64,000 bases of DNA, taken from positions 1 to 64,000 of the IMG/VR virus record IMGVR_UViG_3300031466_000001. One strand, 5' to 3'. Below, in pieces: positions 1 through 8,177 of the stretch (its first letter is position 1; each line of letters opens with the position of its first letter). A program made the translations under genes and the position numbers. This DNA comes from a virus (taxonomy: Duplodnaviria > Caudoviricetes). Under the pieces are notes generated by a model. The model did no database searches and had not been told where the DNA came from. It worked only from the letters and a program-made list of their open reading frames with translations.

Positions 1-113
1 ATATTAATAATAATATTAATAATAATATTAATAATAATAATATTAATAATATTACTAATAATAATATTAATAATAATATTAATAATAATACTAATAAAAT
101 ATTATTTATATAA
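1..113. repeat. Imperfect tandem repeat of (AAT)n-ATT units, about 12-nt period, nearly 100% AT
   Basis: ATATTAATAATA-type units repeated. The + frame from base 3 reads INNNINNN...TNKILFI* with stop at 111-113, so it may be the end of a gene starting outside the window. Confidence 0.85.
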
Positions 114-194
114 CTATTATATAATAAACACCGGGAGGAAGAGAAAAAACAATAAGAATCCCAAAGGATTTTTCTAAAAAAAATAAAAAGAAGA

Positions 195-238
195 AGAACG
201 GTTTGAGGAGGACGAGACTCAAACCGTTCTTTATTTTT
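195..238. terminator. Bidirectional intrinsic terminator
   Basis: AGAACGGTTTGAG/CTCAAACCGTTCT stem flanked by A- and T-tracts. Confidence 0.75.
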
Positions 239-273
239 CTATATTTGATAATTATTAATGTTGAATCTAGATG

Positions 274-480
274 TTAAATGTCTGCCGTGAACATGTATGT
301 TCTCCCGATGCTCTCAGCAGGTACACCTTTTTCAATCAGCACTTCTTTAATTGTTTCAAGAGGGAACGCTCCTTGGTAAGGAACGCCCACGAAAGTTTTA
401 CCCTTTCGTTTTTCCGTTACCAAACCCTTAATGGGTTCAATTTCTTTAGTCACACAGATGCCTATACAGTTGATGATCAT
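274..480 (-). CDS. Hypothetical protein (early)
   Basis: ORF with GGAGG before the ATG at 480; early-type motif at 512-521. Confidence 0.7.
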   Translation of the reverse strand: MIINCIGICVTKEIEPIKGLVTEKRKGKTFVGVPYQGAFPLETIKEVLIEKGVPAESIGRTYMFTADI

Positions 481-511
481 GGAGATCAACCTCCGTTTTT
501 ATTTATTATAT

Positions 512-521
512 ATAATATGTA
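512..521 (-). promoter_or_regulatory. Early-type phage promoter motif (TACATATTAT)
   Basis: Variant of the recurrent TATATATTAT motif upstream of small genes. Confidence 0.55.
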
Positions 522-552
522 GAGTTTTATACAACTCTACAATCTTGCTTAA

Positions 553-597
553 TCAAGCAACAAACGGTGGCACCAACGGTTCTTTAATACCTTTCAT
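553..597 (-). CDS. Micro-ORF MKGIKEPLVPPFVA (14 aa)
   Basis: AGGAGG 8 nt before the ATG; the RBS lies inside an inverted repeat (599-617/728-745). Confidence 0.4.
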   Translation of the reverse strand: MKGIKEPLVPPFVA

Positions 598-741
598 GCT
601 GATATCCTCCTAATGTAATTTTTTTCACGTGTTCCGTAATCGACATTTTTTTAGTCGGCGGAACATACAAAATTTCTCAGTTGCTACGACATTGATGTTT
701 AAACGACGTGAACTGCCACCAACATTGTACATTAGTGGATA

Positions 742-765
742 TCAGGTTTGAGTCACTTTTAACAT
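742..765 (-). CDS. Micro-ORF / candidate leader peptide MLKVTQT (7 aa)
   Basis: GGAGGTG 5 nt before the ATG; its TGA stop sits in the helix that pairs with the next RBS. Confidence 0.4.
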   Translation of the reverse strand: MLKVTQT

Positions 766-821
766 TTTTACACCTCCGCAATACCTGAAGCATTAGGTAA
801 TTATTTTGTTTATACACGAAA

Positions 822-831
822 ATAATGTATA
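822..831 (-). promoter_or_regulatory. Early-type promoter motif (TATACATTAT)
   Basis: Same motif as at 58910. Confidence 0.55.
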
Positions 832-886
832 ATTTTATATGCTTAAAATACGATTTTTTCAGTTATTATAATGAATTGTATTTTTC

Positions 887-1237
887 TTACATTAAAGTCT
901 TTCTTTCAATTTGGATATAGATGTCCAAAATTCCTTCTTCCTCATCATCATTTGTCAATTCTAAATTGAAAAGATATAACTTCAAATCATCACTTTCCTT
1001 AAGTACTTCAAAAACATCGTCATCATATACCTCCTCATCGATATTTTGTGCCTCAAAATACGAACGAAGACAGTCAAGGATCAAGGATTCATTGAACTCA
1101 GAAAAGACGAATGTGCTTATTGCAGCGCGATGTTCACTGTCTCTCGTCTTTATAGGAATCCTATCAATAGTTCCAAAACTACTGATAGCTACATGATCAG
1201 TTATTGATACTACCCATATACTTTTATTTTGTGTCAT
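887..1237 (-). CDS. Hypothetical acidic protein (early)
   Basis: 116-aa ORF, AAGGA RBS, early motif at 1270-1279. Confidence 0.8.
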   Translation of the reverse strand: MTQNKSIWVVSITDHVAISSFGTIDRIPIKTRDSEHRAAISTFVFSEFNESLILDCLRSYFEAQNIDEEVYDDDVFEVLKESDDLKLYLFNLELTNDDEEEGILDIYIQIERKTLM

Positions 1238-1269
1238 TTTTTTTCATCCTTTCACTTTGTGCTGCAAAT

Positions 1270-1279
1270 ATAATATATA
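1270..1279 (-). promoter_or_regulatory. Early-type promoter motif TATATATTAT
   Basis: Exact motif upstream of the gene starting at 1237. Confidence 0.6.
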
Positions 1280-1333
1280 ATCGTGATTTACGACCATATT
1301 AAAAAATGAAATATTTTTTATTGTCTGATTTAT

Positions 1334-1345
1334 AACATAAAAATA
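1334..1345 (+). promoter_or_regulatory. Late-type promoter AACA-N6-TA
   Basis: AACA TAAAAA TA; no long ORF downstream. Confidence 0.55.
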
Positions 1346-1581
1346 ATGGGGCAGACAAAGGACCCCAGGAGGCTATAGGTGACAACAGCCGTCGACTTTG
1401 CCCTATAGTATCAAAACTTTTGTCGTTTTCCCAAGAAATACTTGGGACAACGATCCCAAGTTGAGGGAATTTTATTATTAAAATTAATTAAAATAAAAAT
1501 AAAACGGTCAATCTTAGATCTATTAAAATCCCACTAGAAGAAATGGGGTTTTGATAGATTTGAGATTGACCGTTTTTTATT
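1345..1581 (+). ncRNA. Putative late structured RNA with a 9-codon ORF and a long 3-prime hairpin
   Basis: GC-richer than the flanks; helices 1346-1355/1397-1406, 1373-1379/1402-1408 and 1422-1435/1441-1454; 32-bp stem 1501-1532/1545-1576 whose four non-Watson-Crick pairs are all G.U on the + strand. Confidence 0.55.
1379..1408 (+). CDS. Micro-ORF MTTAVDFAL (9 aa)
   Basis: AGGAGG at 1367-1372 and GTG at 1379, 34 nt after the late promoter, matching the spacing of other late genes. Confidence 0.4.
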   Translation: MTTAVDFAL

Positions 1582-1588
1582 TGTGTTT

Positions 1589-1873
1589 TTAGCAGAAATT
1601 TTCATAGTCTATAATTTCTTTAATTAGATTATCTCTTGAGAATATTTGTTCATATAGCGAATTATCCATTATATTTTCCAATGTAGGTATAATGTGGTTG
1701 ATATTTAATATAACAGGAGAACGATATATTCCTTCTCTTAATAAATTATGATCAAATAATTTATGTAGTTTACTAACGAATTCTTCTTTATTTTCTTCTT
1801 TTTCATAAATTGCATATCTACACACATCTTTATACCTGACAGCAGCACCAATAACAAACCTTTTTTTGATCAT
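1589..1873 (-). CDS. Hypothetical protein
   Basis: 94-aa ORF with phage-like composition. Confidence 0.65.
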   Translation of the reverse strand: MIKKRFVIGAAVRYKDVCRYAIYEKEENKEEFVSKLHKLFDHNLLREGIYRSPVILNINHIIPTLENIMDNSLYEQIFSRDNLIKEIIDYENFC

Positions 1874-1973
1874 CTTTTCCCTATATACTATAGACTCAGA
1901 AAATAATTTTAATTTATTTGGACTAGGTACATTTAATAATTCTTCGAGAAAACGTATATATAATTAAACAATT

Positions 1974-2456
1974 TTATATTCCTATACGAATTTTGTTAAT
2001 GATATCTGACAAGTATTCTCCAGGTCCAAGAATTATATGATTAATAAATCTCCCGTCACTCATTAATCCTCTGATAAAAACATCCCAATTTTCATTTAGA
2101 AGTTTGATGAACTTTTCATCACTACCCCTTACACGAAATCTTTCAAGATATTCATCTTTGAGTTCGATTAGCGGGTAGACGAGATATGGTTGAAAACCTT
2201 CTTTGAAAAGAGAATCCAGAACTTCTTTATGCGTTGATACTAGAATGATGTCGGCATTATGTAAATTTGAGGAGATGTGATTAATATAGTTTGCTGGGAA
2301 CTCAGGATTTCGAACTCCCGGAGAAATCCAACTAAATTTACTGCTATCAGAATCCATAATTTTAAGTCCCAAAGATTTCTGGTTCTTAGTCAGAGTGGAT
2401 TTACCTACTCCCGGAAAACCACAGATAATTTTTGCCAGTTCTTTCATTTTTATCAT
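1974..2456 (-). CDS. P-loop NTPase / nucleotide-kinase-like protein
   Basis: N-terminal Walker A IICGFPGVGKS followed by DSDSS. Confidence 0.75.
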   Translation of the reverse strand: MIKMKELAKIICGFPGVGKSTLTKNQKSLGLKIMDSDSSKFSWISPGVRNPEFPANYINHISSNLHNADIILVSTHKEVLDSLFKEGFQPYLVYPLIELKDEYLERFRVRGSDEKFIKLLNENWDVFIRGLMSDGRFINHIILGPGEYLSDIINKIRIGI

Positions 2457-2557
2457 ACTCCGTTTAGATGATAAATTAAATAAATGTAATTTATATAATC
2501 ATTTTTAAAATGAATGATTCGGTATAATTATATAAACAAAGGGTTAAAAATAAGGGG

Positions 2558-3067
2558 GTGGACATATTGGCTTCTTCGTTCAGTCCCACAAAACCATCGT
2601 TTTATATTTTTATTAAAGGGATGCCTGAGATCATTGGGAGGGAATTCCCTAATTTTTCCAATACTATGACGAAAATGATCGAAGCCCTTACTTTTAACGT
2701 GGAATTATTTAAAAAAGATAAAGATGAGACCGAACTATTGATTACAATTTTTGAACTTGAGGGGGAACCCGTTGCTAATTTATTTAACCTTCTTCGGTAT
2801 TTATTCATTATTTCAAACGGAGAAGAAAATTATTTTAGGGATACTATTGAGGAAAAATTTGGTATAGATATGTATTTAGTTAAAACTGTAGATGGAAAAA
2901 TAGAGGATGCTTGCAAATTAAATGGTCTGATTGTTAAATCAATTGATGATGAAGAAATTGAACATTCTGGAATGGCTGGGGTTGTATGTCGTAAAGTTAA
3001 AATGATAACAAGGCATAAGCATAATCTCACCGAAGAAGAATTCGATGAAATAAAAAAATTGATGTGA
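2558..3067 (+). CDS. Hypothetical protein
   Basis: 169-aa ORF with RBS. Confidence 0.75.
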   Translation: MDILASSFSPTKPSFYIFIKGMPEIIGREFPNFSNTMTKMIEALTFNVELFKKDKDETELLITIFELEGEPVANLFNLLRYLFIISNGEENYFRDTIEEKFGIDMYLVKTVDGKIEDACKLNGLIVKSIDDEEIEHSGMAGVVCRKVKMITRHKHNLTEEEFDEIKKLM

Positions 3068-3121
3068 ATCTATGAATTGAAAATCAATATTTTGGCTTTA
3101 CTTTTAATATTTCCGATCACC

Positions 3122-3133
3122 AACAATGTGGTA
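3122..3133 (+). promoter_or_regulatory. Late-type promoter AACA-N6-TA
   Basis: AACA ATGTGG TA, 29 nt before the RNAP beta start. Confidence 0.7.
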
Positions 3134-3161
3134 AGTATACCATATTTGTGAGGTGATCGGA

Positions 3162-6100
3162 ATGATTTTTGTGGATTCTACACCACATCTTAGAGTTTAT
3201 AGACAAAGAGTAATTTTTCCGGTAGATCCTAAAATGCCGAGTAAGGGAAGTATGGCATTTATTATCAATAATGATATTGAGTCCTCTATTGCACTGATTA
3301 ATAGTAATAGAATTTCCCATAATAATCGTTTCCATATATATTTCATGGATAATATCTATGAGGGCAGATTCTTTGGTCGTTATTTTAGGGAAAATAAAAC
3401 CAAAGAACGCTTTGATCTATATGAAAAAGTCCAAGCTAAAGCTGGTAACATTATTTGTCAAAATAGCTTTGTCTCTATCGGTGGTAGAAACTTCTTTTTT
3501 GATCTTATTATGATCCATGAGATTTTCTTTAAAATTGCCGCAAAGAAAGTTGTTCCATATCGTATTAAATCAGAGCAATATATTGATTTTCTTAAAAATA
3601 TTTTTAACGATCAGAGATTCAATCAATACAGTAAAAAAATCATTCTTATTGATGTCAATTCCTGGGTTAAAAATATAAAGAAAGAAATTAAAGGGCGTAA
3701 ATTTTTTGACAATCCAATCTTCTTGTTATATTTTGCAATGACGAAAAACTTTAATAAATTCAAAGAGCTTGGAGATATGAATATTATCTTCTATTCGAAC
3801 GATATCTCCCTTAGATTGAATCCTTCCCTTGCGGATAAAATGTCTTATTCTCTTTTCCGCAATGAAATCTCGAAATTAACTGGTAAAATCACCCTCCCTG
3901 ATGAAAATACGATTGATAAAGAGCTCCAAAAAGATGAAGTCTTTGATGAAGTTATCAAAAACTTTTCTCAACATTACAGATTTACTGGCGATGATGAAGA
4001 ATCGGATAGTGAATTTGAAGAAAAAGTAAGAGATCGCCTCGATGAAATGACCGAAGAAAATAAAGAGCTCGGAAGTCTTGAAGGGAAAGAACTTGAAGAG
4101 CGTTTAACCAATGAACTTTTAGGCGACCAGAAAATTCTCAAAGATTTGAATGAAATTATCACTCAAAATCGTGTAGGTAAAAATATCGCATCTACCAAAC
4201 GAGATGAAGTACTCAGGGAGAAACAAAAAGAGCTCAAATTAGAAAATCAAACTCTCGAAGATCTGCAAAAAATGCTCGATAGATCTGCTACTCTTGAGAG
4301 CTATTCTGTTGAAGATAAAGTAAAAACGACAAATAAAAATGTTACTAAAATCAGATACCCTAATTTTGAAAAATCTTATAATGAAAAACTTTTTAGGCAG
4401 GATATGCTTAATATTCTCTTGTCGTTAAATGATAAATCTATTCCTATCTATATTAGAGATATTAAAGTGGAAGATACATCAGATGAGCTTAACTATAGAG
4501 ACACATATACGGTTCAGCTTGAAGATGCTAACCGTGTTCGACATACATTAAAATTTGACATGCCTAAATTCATTGACGATAAATTCATGTATATTAATGG
4601 CAACAAAAAGCTGATTATCAAGCAGCTTCTTATGAAACCTATCACTAAAACCGGACCTGATGAGGTTCAGATCGTATCTAACTATAATAAGATCTTCATT
4701 CGTAGATACGGACAAAAGACATCTTCTAAATTGGAGAAGTTTAAAAAGGCTATTTCCAAGACAAAAACTTCAGCTAACATTGTAGTTAAAAATGGCAATA
4801 ACCTTAAAGCAAATAGTAAATATCTCACGACCATTGAATATGACGAATTGGCTAAAGATTATACCAGCATTAGAATCAAAAAAACGGAATTTCTGTTCAA
4901 TCAGGATGAAGTTCGAAAAATTCTTGAAGAGAAAAAGATTAAAATTAATGACAATGAGTTGTGCATAGGTTTCATTGATAATAAAACACCGATTATCGTT
5001 AACCTTGATACGCAATTAATCGGTGATATGGATATCATTGATTTTATCCTTTCTATCGAAGCAGGTAAACCTATCAGGGACGTTTATGAAGGGGAAACAA
5101 GCGGTAAGAAATTTGTTTATTCTCGTGCTACTATAATGGCTAAGCAGGTTCCGGTTATTCTTCTTCTCGGTTATCTTGAAGGTCTTTCAACTATCCTGCG
5201 TAAAGCAGAAATTAAACACTATTTCACAGATAAACGTCCTCGTGACCTCACCGATAACCAAGGTGTAGTCCAATTTTCGGATGGTTTTCTGGTTTATGAA
5301 AAGTATCCGTTTGAAAATTCCCTTCTTATGAATGCATTTGCAGATATTCCTACAAAGGGATTCTCATATGCAGATTTTGATAGTAAAGAAGTTTACCTCG
5401 ACATTTTCGATACTATGTTTGGGACCAGAATTATAGGTAATGCATTCGATAACTTCTATGAATTGATGATCGATCCGATTACCAAGGAAGTTCTGGAAGA
5501 TCTCAATCTTCCCACTGATTTCGTCAATGTTGTTTTATATGCAAACTCATTGCTTGCCGACAACTCATATCTTAAAGAAAACAATATGAGTCTTTATCGC
5601 ATAAGATCTAATGAGCTTGTTAATGCATATCTCTATAAGGCAATTGCAACAGCTTATATTCAGTATAGACTGACCGCAAATAATAATAATCCTGTTAAAA
5701 TGTCAGTACCAAGAGATGTTGTAATAAAACAGATTTTGATGGCTCAAACGGTCGAAGATTACAGCACGTTGAATCCCATTGTTGAACTTGAAAAATCTCG
5801 TGCTATCACTCCTAAGGGACCCAGTGGCCTTAACCTGGAACAAGCGTACACACAGGATAAACGTTCTTATGATAGATCTATGCTTGGAATTATCGCAATG
5901 TCTACTTCACCTGACGCTAACGTAGGCGTGGTTAGACAATTGACGCTTGAACCTAGTATCAAGAGTCCGCGGGGCTATATTGAGATTGCAGGAGAAAATC
6001 TCGATCATCTTAAAGATGCAAATCTATTCTCTCCTGCGGAACTCCTCTCTCCTCTTGGCGTAACCCGCGACGACTCTAACCGTACAGCTATGGCTACAAA

Positions 6101-7331
6101 ACAATCAAAACACATTATTCCTGTAGAAAAAGCATCTCCAGTACTTATTTCCAATGGTGCTGAACAAATTATCCCGTATCATCTTTCCAACGATTTTACT
6201 GTTGTTGCGAAAGCAGATGGTGAAGTTGTTGAAGTAAATGAAGAGGCGGGATTAATTATTATAGGATATTATTCTGAAGATAAAAAAGCTGGTTCGAAGA
6301 AGACAAAAGCTGGTATTAGTTCTTATCAATCGATCGATATCAGTCCTCGCATCGTAAAGAACGGTGCGGGTGGCTTCTATCTTTCGAATAAACTTATTTG
6401 TAATCTTAAAGTTGGAGACAAATTTAAGAAAAATGACATTATTGCATCTGATGAAAAATTCTTCACTCGATCTAAAATCGATGGAACCAGATTTAATATT
6501 GGTTCCTTGCAGAAAATAGCATGCATGTCTAGTTACTCGACATATGAAGATTCTACGTTTATCACAAAGAAACTTACTGAGGATATGGCTTCCGAGATAG
6601 TAATGTGTAAAACTATTACTCTGGGTAAGAATGCAAACGTGGACTTTTTGGTCAAACCCGGAGATAATATTACTGTCGGAGACGATCTCATTAGATTTGA
6701 GATCTCTTTCGAAGATGATAGCCTTAATAAATTCCTTGAAACTGTAGGTGAAAATGTTAAAGAGGAAATCAAGTCTCTTGGTAAAACACCCATCAAATCT
6801 AAATATACTGGTGTAATTGAAGACGTTAAAGTGTACTCTACCGTAGAGCTTGATGAGCTTTCTCCATCTCTGAGAAAAATTGTCAGCAATTATTATAAGC
6901 GCATTGATAGAAAGAAAAATATTATCAATAAATATGATAAATCTAATTCTGTATACAAAATGGGAGTTCTTCTCAACGAACCTACAGGTAAGATAGAAAC
7001 TAAAGATGGTAAAGTTAAAGGTAATGAAGTTGGAGAAGGTGTTCTCATTGAAATTTATATCAAATACCGTGACGTAATGGGTATTGGTGACAAACTTGCA
7101 TTCTTTACTGCATTGAAGAGTATTAACGGGGAAATTATTCCTGAAGGGTATGAACCGTTCTCGGAATATAGACCCAATGAGGAAGTATCTTCATTCGTTG
7201 CTCCTGGTGCAGTATTGGCACGTATGACACCATCTATTCTCCTGACTATGTTTGGTAATAAAGTTTTGGTTGAATTGAAACGACATTTGCAGGAAATTTA
7301 TACAGGAAAACCTTGGGAACCTACAAAATAA
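3162..7331 (+). CDS. rpoB: Phage multisubunit RNA polymerase beta subunit, large N-terminal part (virion type, phiKZ gp178-like)
   Basis: Motifs FDMPKF..FMYINGNKK, GPSGL..RSYDRSMLG..SPDANVGVV, RTAMATKQSKH, TYEDST, GIGDKL and PGAVLARM; the C-terminal beta region is absent; about 400-aa N-terminal extension; late promoter. Confidence 0.92.
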   Translation: MIFVDSTPHLRVYRQRVIFPVDPKMPSKGSMAFIINNDIESSIALINSNRISHNNRFHIYFMDNIYEGRFFGRYFRENKTKERFDLYEKVQAKAGNIICQNSFVSIGGRNFFFDLIMIHEIFFKIAAKKVVPYRIKSEQYIDFLKNIFNDQRFNQYSKKIILIDVNSWVKNIKKEIKGRKFFDNPIFLLYFAMTKNFNKFKELGDMNIIFYSNDISLRLNPSLADKMSYSLFRNEISKLTGKITLPDENTIDKELQKDEVFDEVIKNFSQHYRFTGDDEESDSEFEEKVRDRLDEMTEENKELGSLEGKELEERLTNELLGDQKILKDLNEIITQNRVGKNIASTKRDEVLREKQKELKLENQTLEDLQKMLDRSATLESYSVEDKVKTTNKNVTKIRYPNFEKSYNEKLFRQDMLNILLSLNDKSIPIYIRDIKVEDTSDELNYRDTYTVQLEDANRVRHTLKFDMPKFIDDKFMYINGNKKLIIKQLLMKPITKTGPDEVQIVSNYNKIFIRRYGQKTSSKLEKFKKAISKTKTSANIVVKNGNNLKANSKYLTTIEYDELAKDYTSIRIKKTEFLFNQDEVRKILEEKKIKINDNELCIGFIDNKTPIIVNLDTQLIGDMDIIDFILSIEAGKPIRDVYEGETSGKKFVYSRATIMAKQVPVILLLGYLEGLSTILRKAEIKHYFTDKRPRDLTDNQGVVQFSDGFLVYEKYPFENSLLMNAFADIPTKGFSYADFDSKEVYLDIFDTMFGTRIIGNAFDNFYELMIDPITKEVLEDLNLPTDFVNVVLYANSLLADNSYLKENNMSLYRIRSNELVNAYLYKAIATAYIQYRLTANNNNPVKMSVPRDVVIKQILMAQTVEDYSTLNPIVELEKSRAITPKGPSGLNLEQAYTQDKRSYDRSMLGIIAMSTSPDANVGVVRQLTLEPSIKSPRGYIEIAGENLDHLKDANLFSPAELLSPLGVTRDDSNRTAMATKQSKHIIPVEKASPVLISNGAEQIIPYHLSNDFTVVAKADGEVVEVNEEAGLIIIGYYSEDKKAGSKKTKAGISSYQSIDISPRIVKNGAGGFYLSNKLICNLKVGDKFKKNDIIASDEKFFTRSKIDGTRFNIGSLQKIACMSSYSTYEDSTFITKKLTEDMASEIVMCKTITLGKNANVDFLVKPGDNITVGDDLIRFEISFEDDSLNKFLETVGENVKEEIKSLGKTPIKSKYTGVIEDVKVYSTVELDELSPSLRKIVSNYYKRIDRKKNIINKYDKSNSVYKMGVLLNEPTGKIETKDGKVKGNEVGEGVLIEIYIKYRDVMGIGDKLAFFTALKSINGEIIPEGYEPFSEYRPNEEVSSFVAPGAVLARMTPSILLTMFGNKVLVELKRHLQEIYTGKPWEPTK

Positions 7332-7373
7332 AAAAAATAAAGACCTGTACCAAAATGGTACAGGTCTTTATTT
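7331..7373. terminator. Bidirectional intrinsic terminator
   Basis: AAATAAAGACCTGTACCA-AAA-TGGTACAGGTCTTTATTT between convergent genes. Confidence 0.85.
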
Positions 7374-8025
7374 AAATCATTTTAAGGATTTTGAAAATGT
7401 TTTTCCAGGTGTATCTACGAGCAAATCTTCTTGCCTCCACTTCAACAGTCTGATTTTTATAATTGGTGTAATTGGTGGATGAGCTAATATAGTCGTTAAA
7501 TACTTCCTTATTGGTTTCTTTTTGATAGATATGATAAATTTCATGTGCCAATGTTAAAAAAGCTTTAAAAGTAATAAGGAATTTACTATTTTCGGACATC
7601 TGTCTCATCACACCATAATATAATCTTATTAAAGATTGCTCCTGAAAATCAGACGAAAATGTATTGAATTTCGTTACATCTACACGCATTCCCATTGTAA
7701 GGGATACATTTTTATTGAATCTGTGTAAATTGAGAAAAGGGTCGTTGCTCAGATCACTAGGATGTCTGTCTATAATTTGAATTTCGATTGGTTTGATTTT
7801 AAGTTTAGAAAACAGCTCAGATGAATAAAATTTAACAACTTTTTCAACGATTTCTTTCGCTTCTTCGTCGGTTTTCACTACCCCCATGGATCTGATTAAG
7901 AGTTGGAACACCCACACCGGTATCAACACAGGGATAGCGATAATCATGAAGATGAAGAGAAATAAATTTTTGACAATGTTGAAAACAATGCCTGCTTTCT
8001 TTGCGAGCTGTTTCTTTACATTCAT
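7372..8025 (-). CDS. Membrane-anchored zincin-like metallopeptidase domain protein
   Basis: N-terminal hydrophobic segment; HEIYH (HExxH) with downstream EVEAR. Confidence 0.65.
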   Translation of the reverse strand: MNVKKQLAKKAGIVFNIVKNLFLFIFMIIAIPVLIPVWVFQLLIRSMGVVKTDEEAKEIVEKVVKFYSSELFSKLKIKPIEIQIIDRHPSDLSNDPFLNLHRFNKNVSLTMGMRVDVTKFNTFSSDFQEQSLIRLYYGVMRQMSENSKFLITFKAFLTLAHEIYHIYQKETNKEVFNDYISSSTNYTNYKNQTVEVEARRFARRYTWKNIFKILKMI

Positions 8026-8117
8026 TTTTAAAATTCCTCCAGTTTATTTTTTTATCAATCTTGCATTCAATGAAATAATTTATAGATTAATAAATGAAAG
8101 ATACTACTTATTTAAAA

Positions 8118-8151
8118 TCTATATTATTATAAGTAATTTAACAATCAGCTA
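8118..8151 (+). promoter_or_regulatory. Tandem early-like (TCTATATTAT) and late (AACA-N6-TA, 8140-8151) promoter motifs of thyA
   Basis: Both motifs are present upstream of the RBS. Confidence 0.55.
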
Positions 8152-8177
8152 AATATAAAGGTCTGGGAGGAAATAAT

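Larger units (their letters stand above)
545..815 (-). ncRNA. Putative structured regulatory RNA/leader carrying two micro-ORFs
   Basis: Nested complementary segments 599-617/728-745, 624-630/706-712, 630-636/658-665, 566-572/714-720 and 742-747/783-788; early motif at 822-831. Confidence 0.45.

Noticed and set aside
1-125. CRISPR array
   Set aside because: Low-complexity repeat without unique spacers; no repeat-spacer array seen anywhere in the window
518-541. N4-like hairpin promoter (9-bp stem overlapping an early motif)
   Set aside because: Other early motifs lack an equivalent hairpin; more likely the 3-prime end of the upstream RNA
553-765. Genome-wide TGA recoding to explain the short ORFs
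   Set aside because: Ordinary genes end cleanly at TGA (thyA, primase, beta-prime) and long genes have no internal TGA or TAG
1346-1540. tmRNA or tRNA-like element (5-prime GGGGC, DFAL-like tag)
   Set aside because: No GGATTCGA motif, no T-arm or CCA end, and too short for tmRNA; kept only as an unclassified structured RNA
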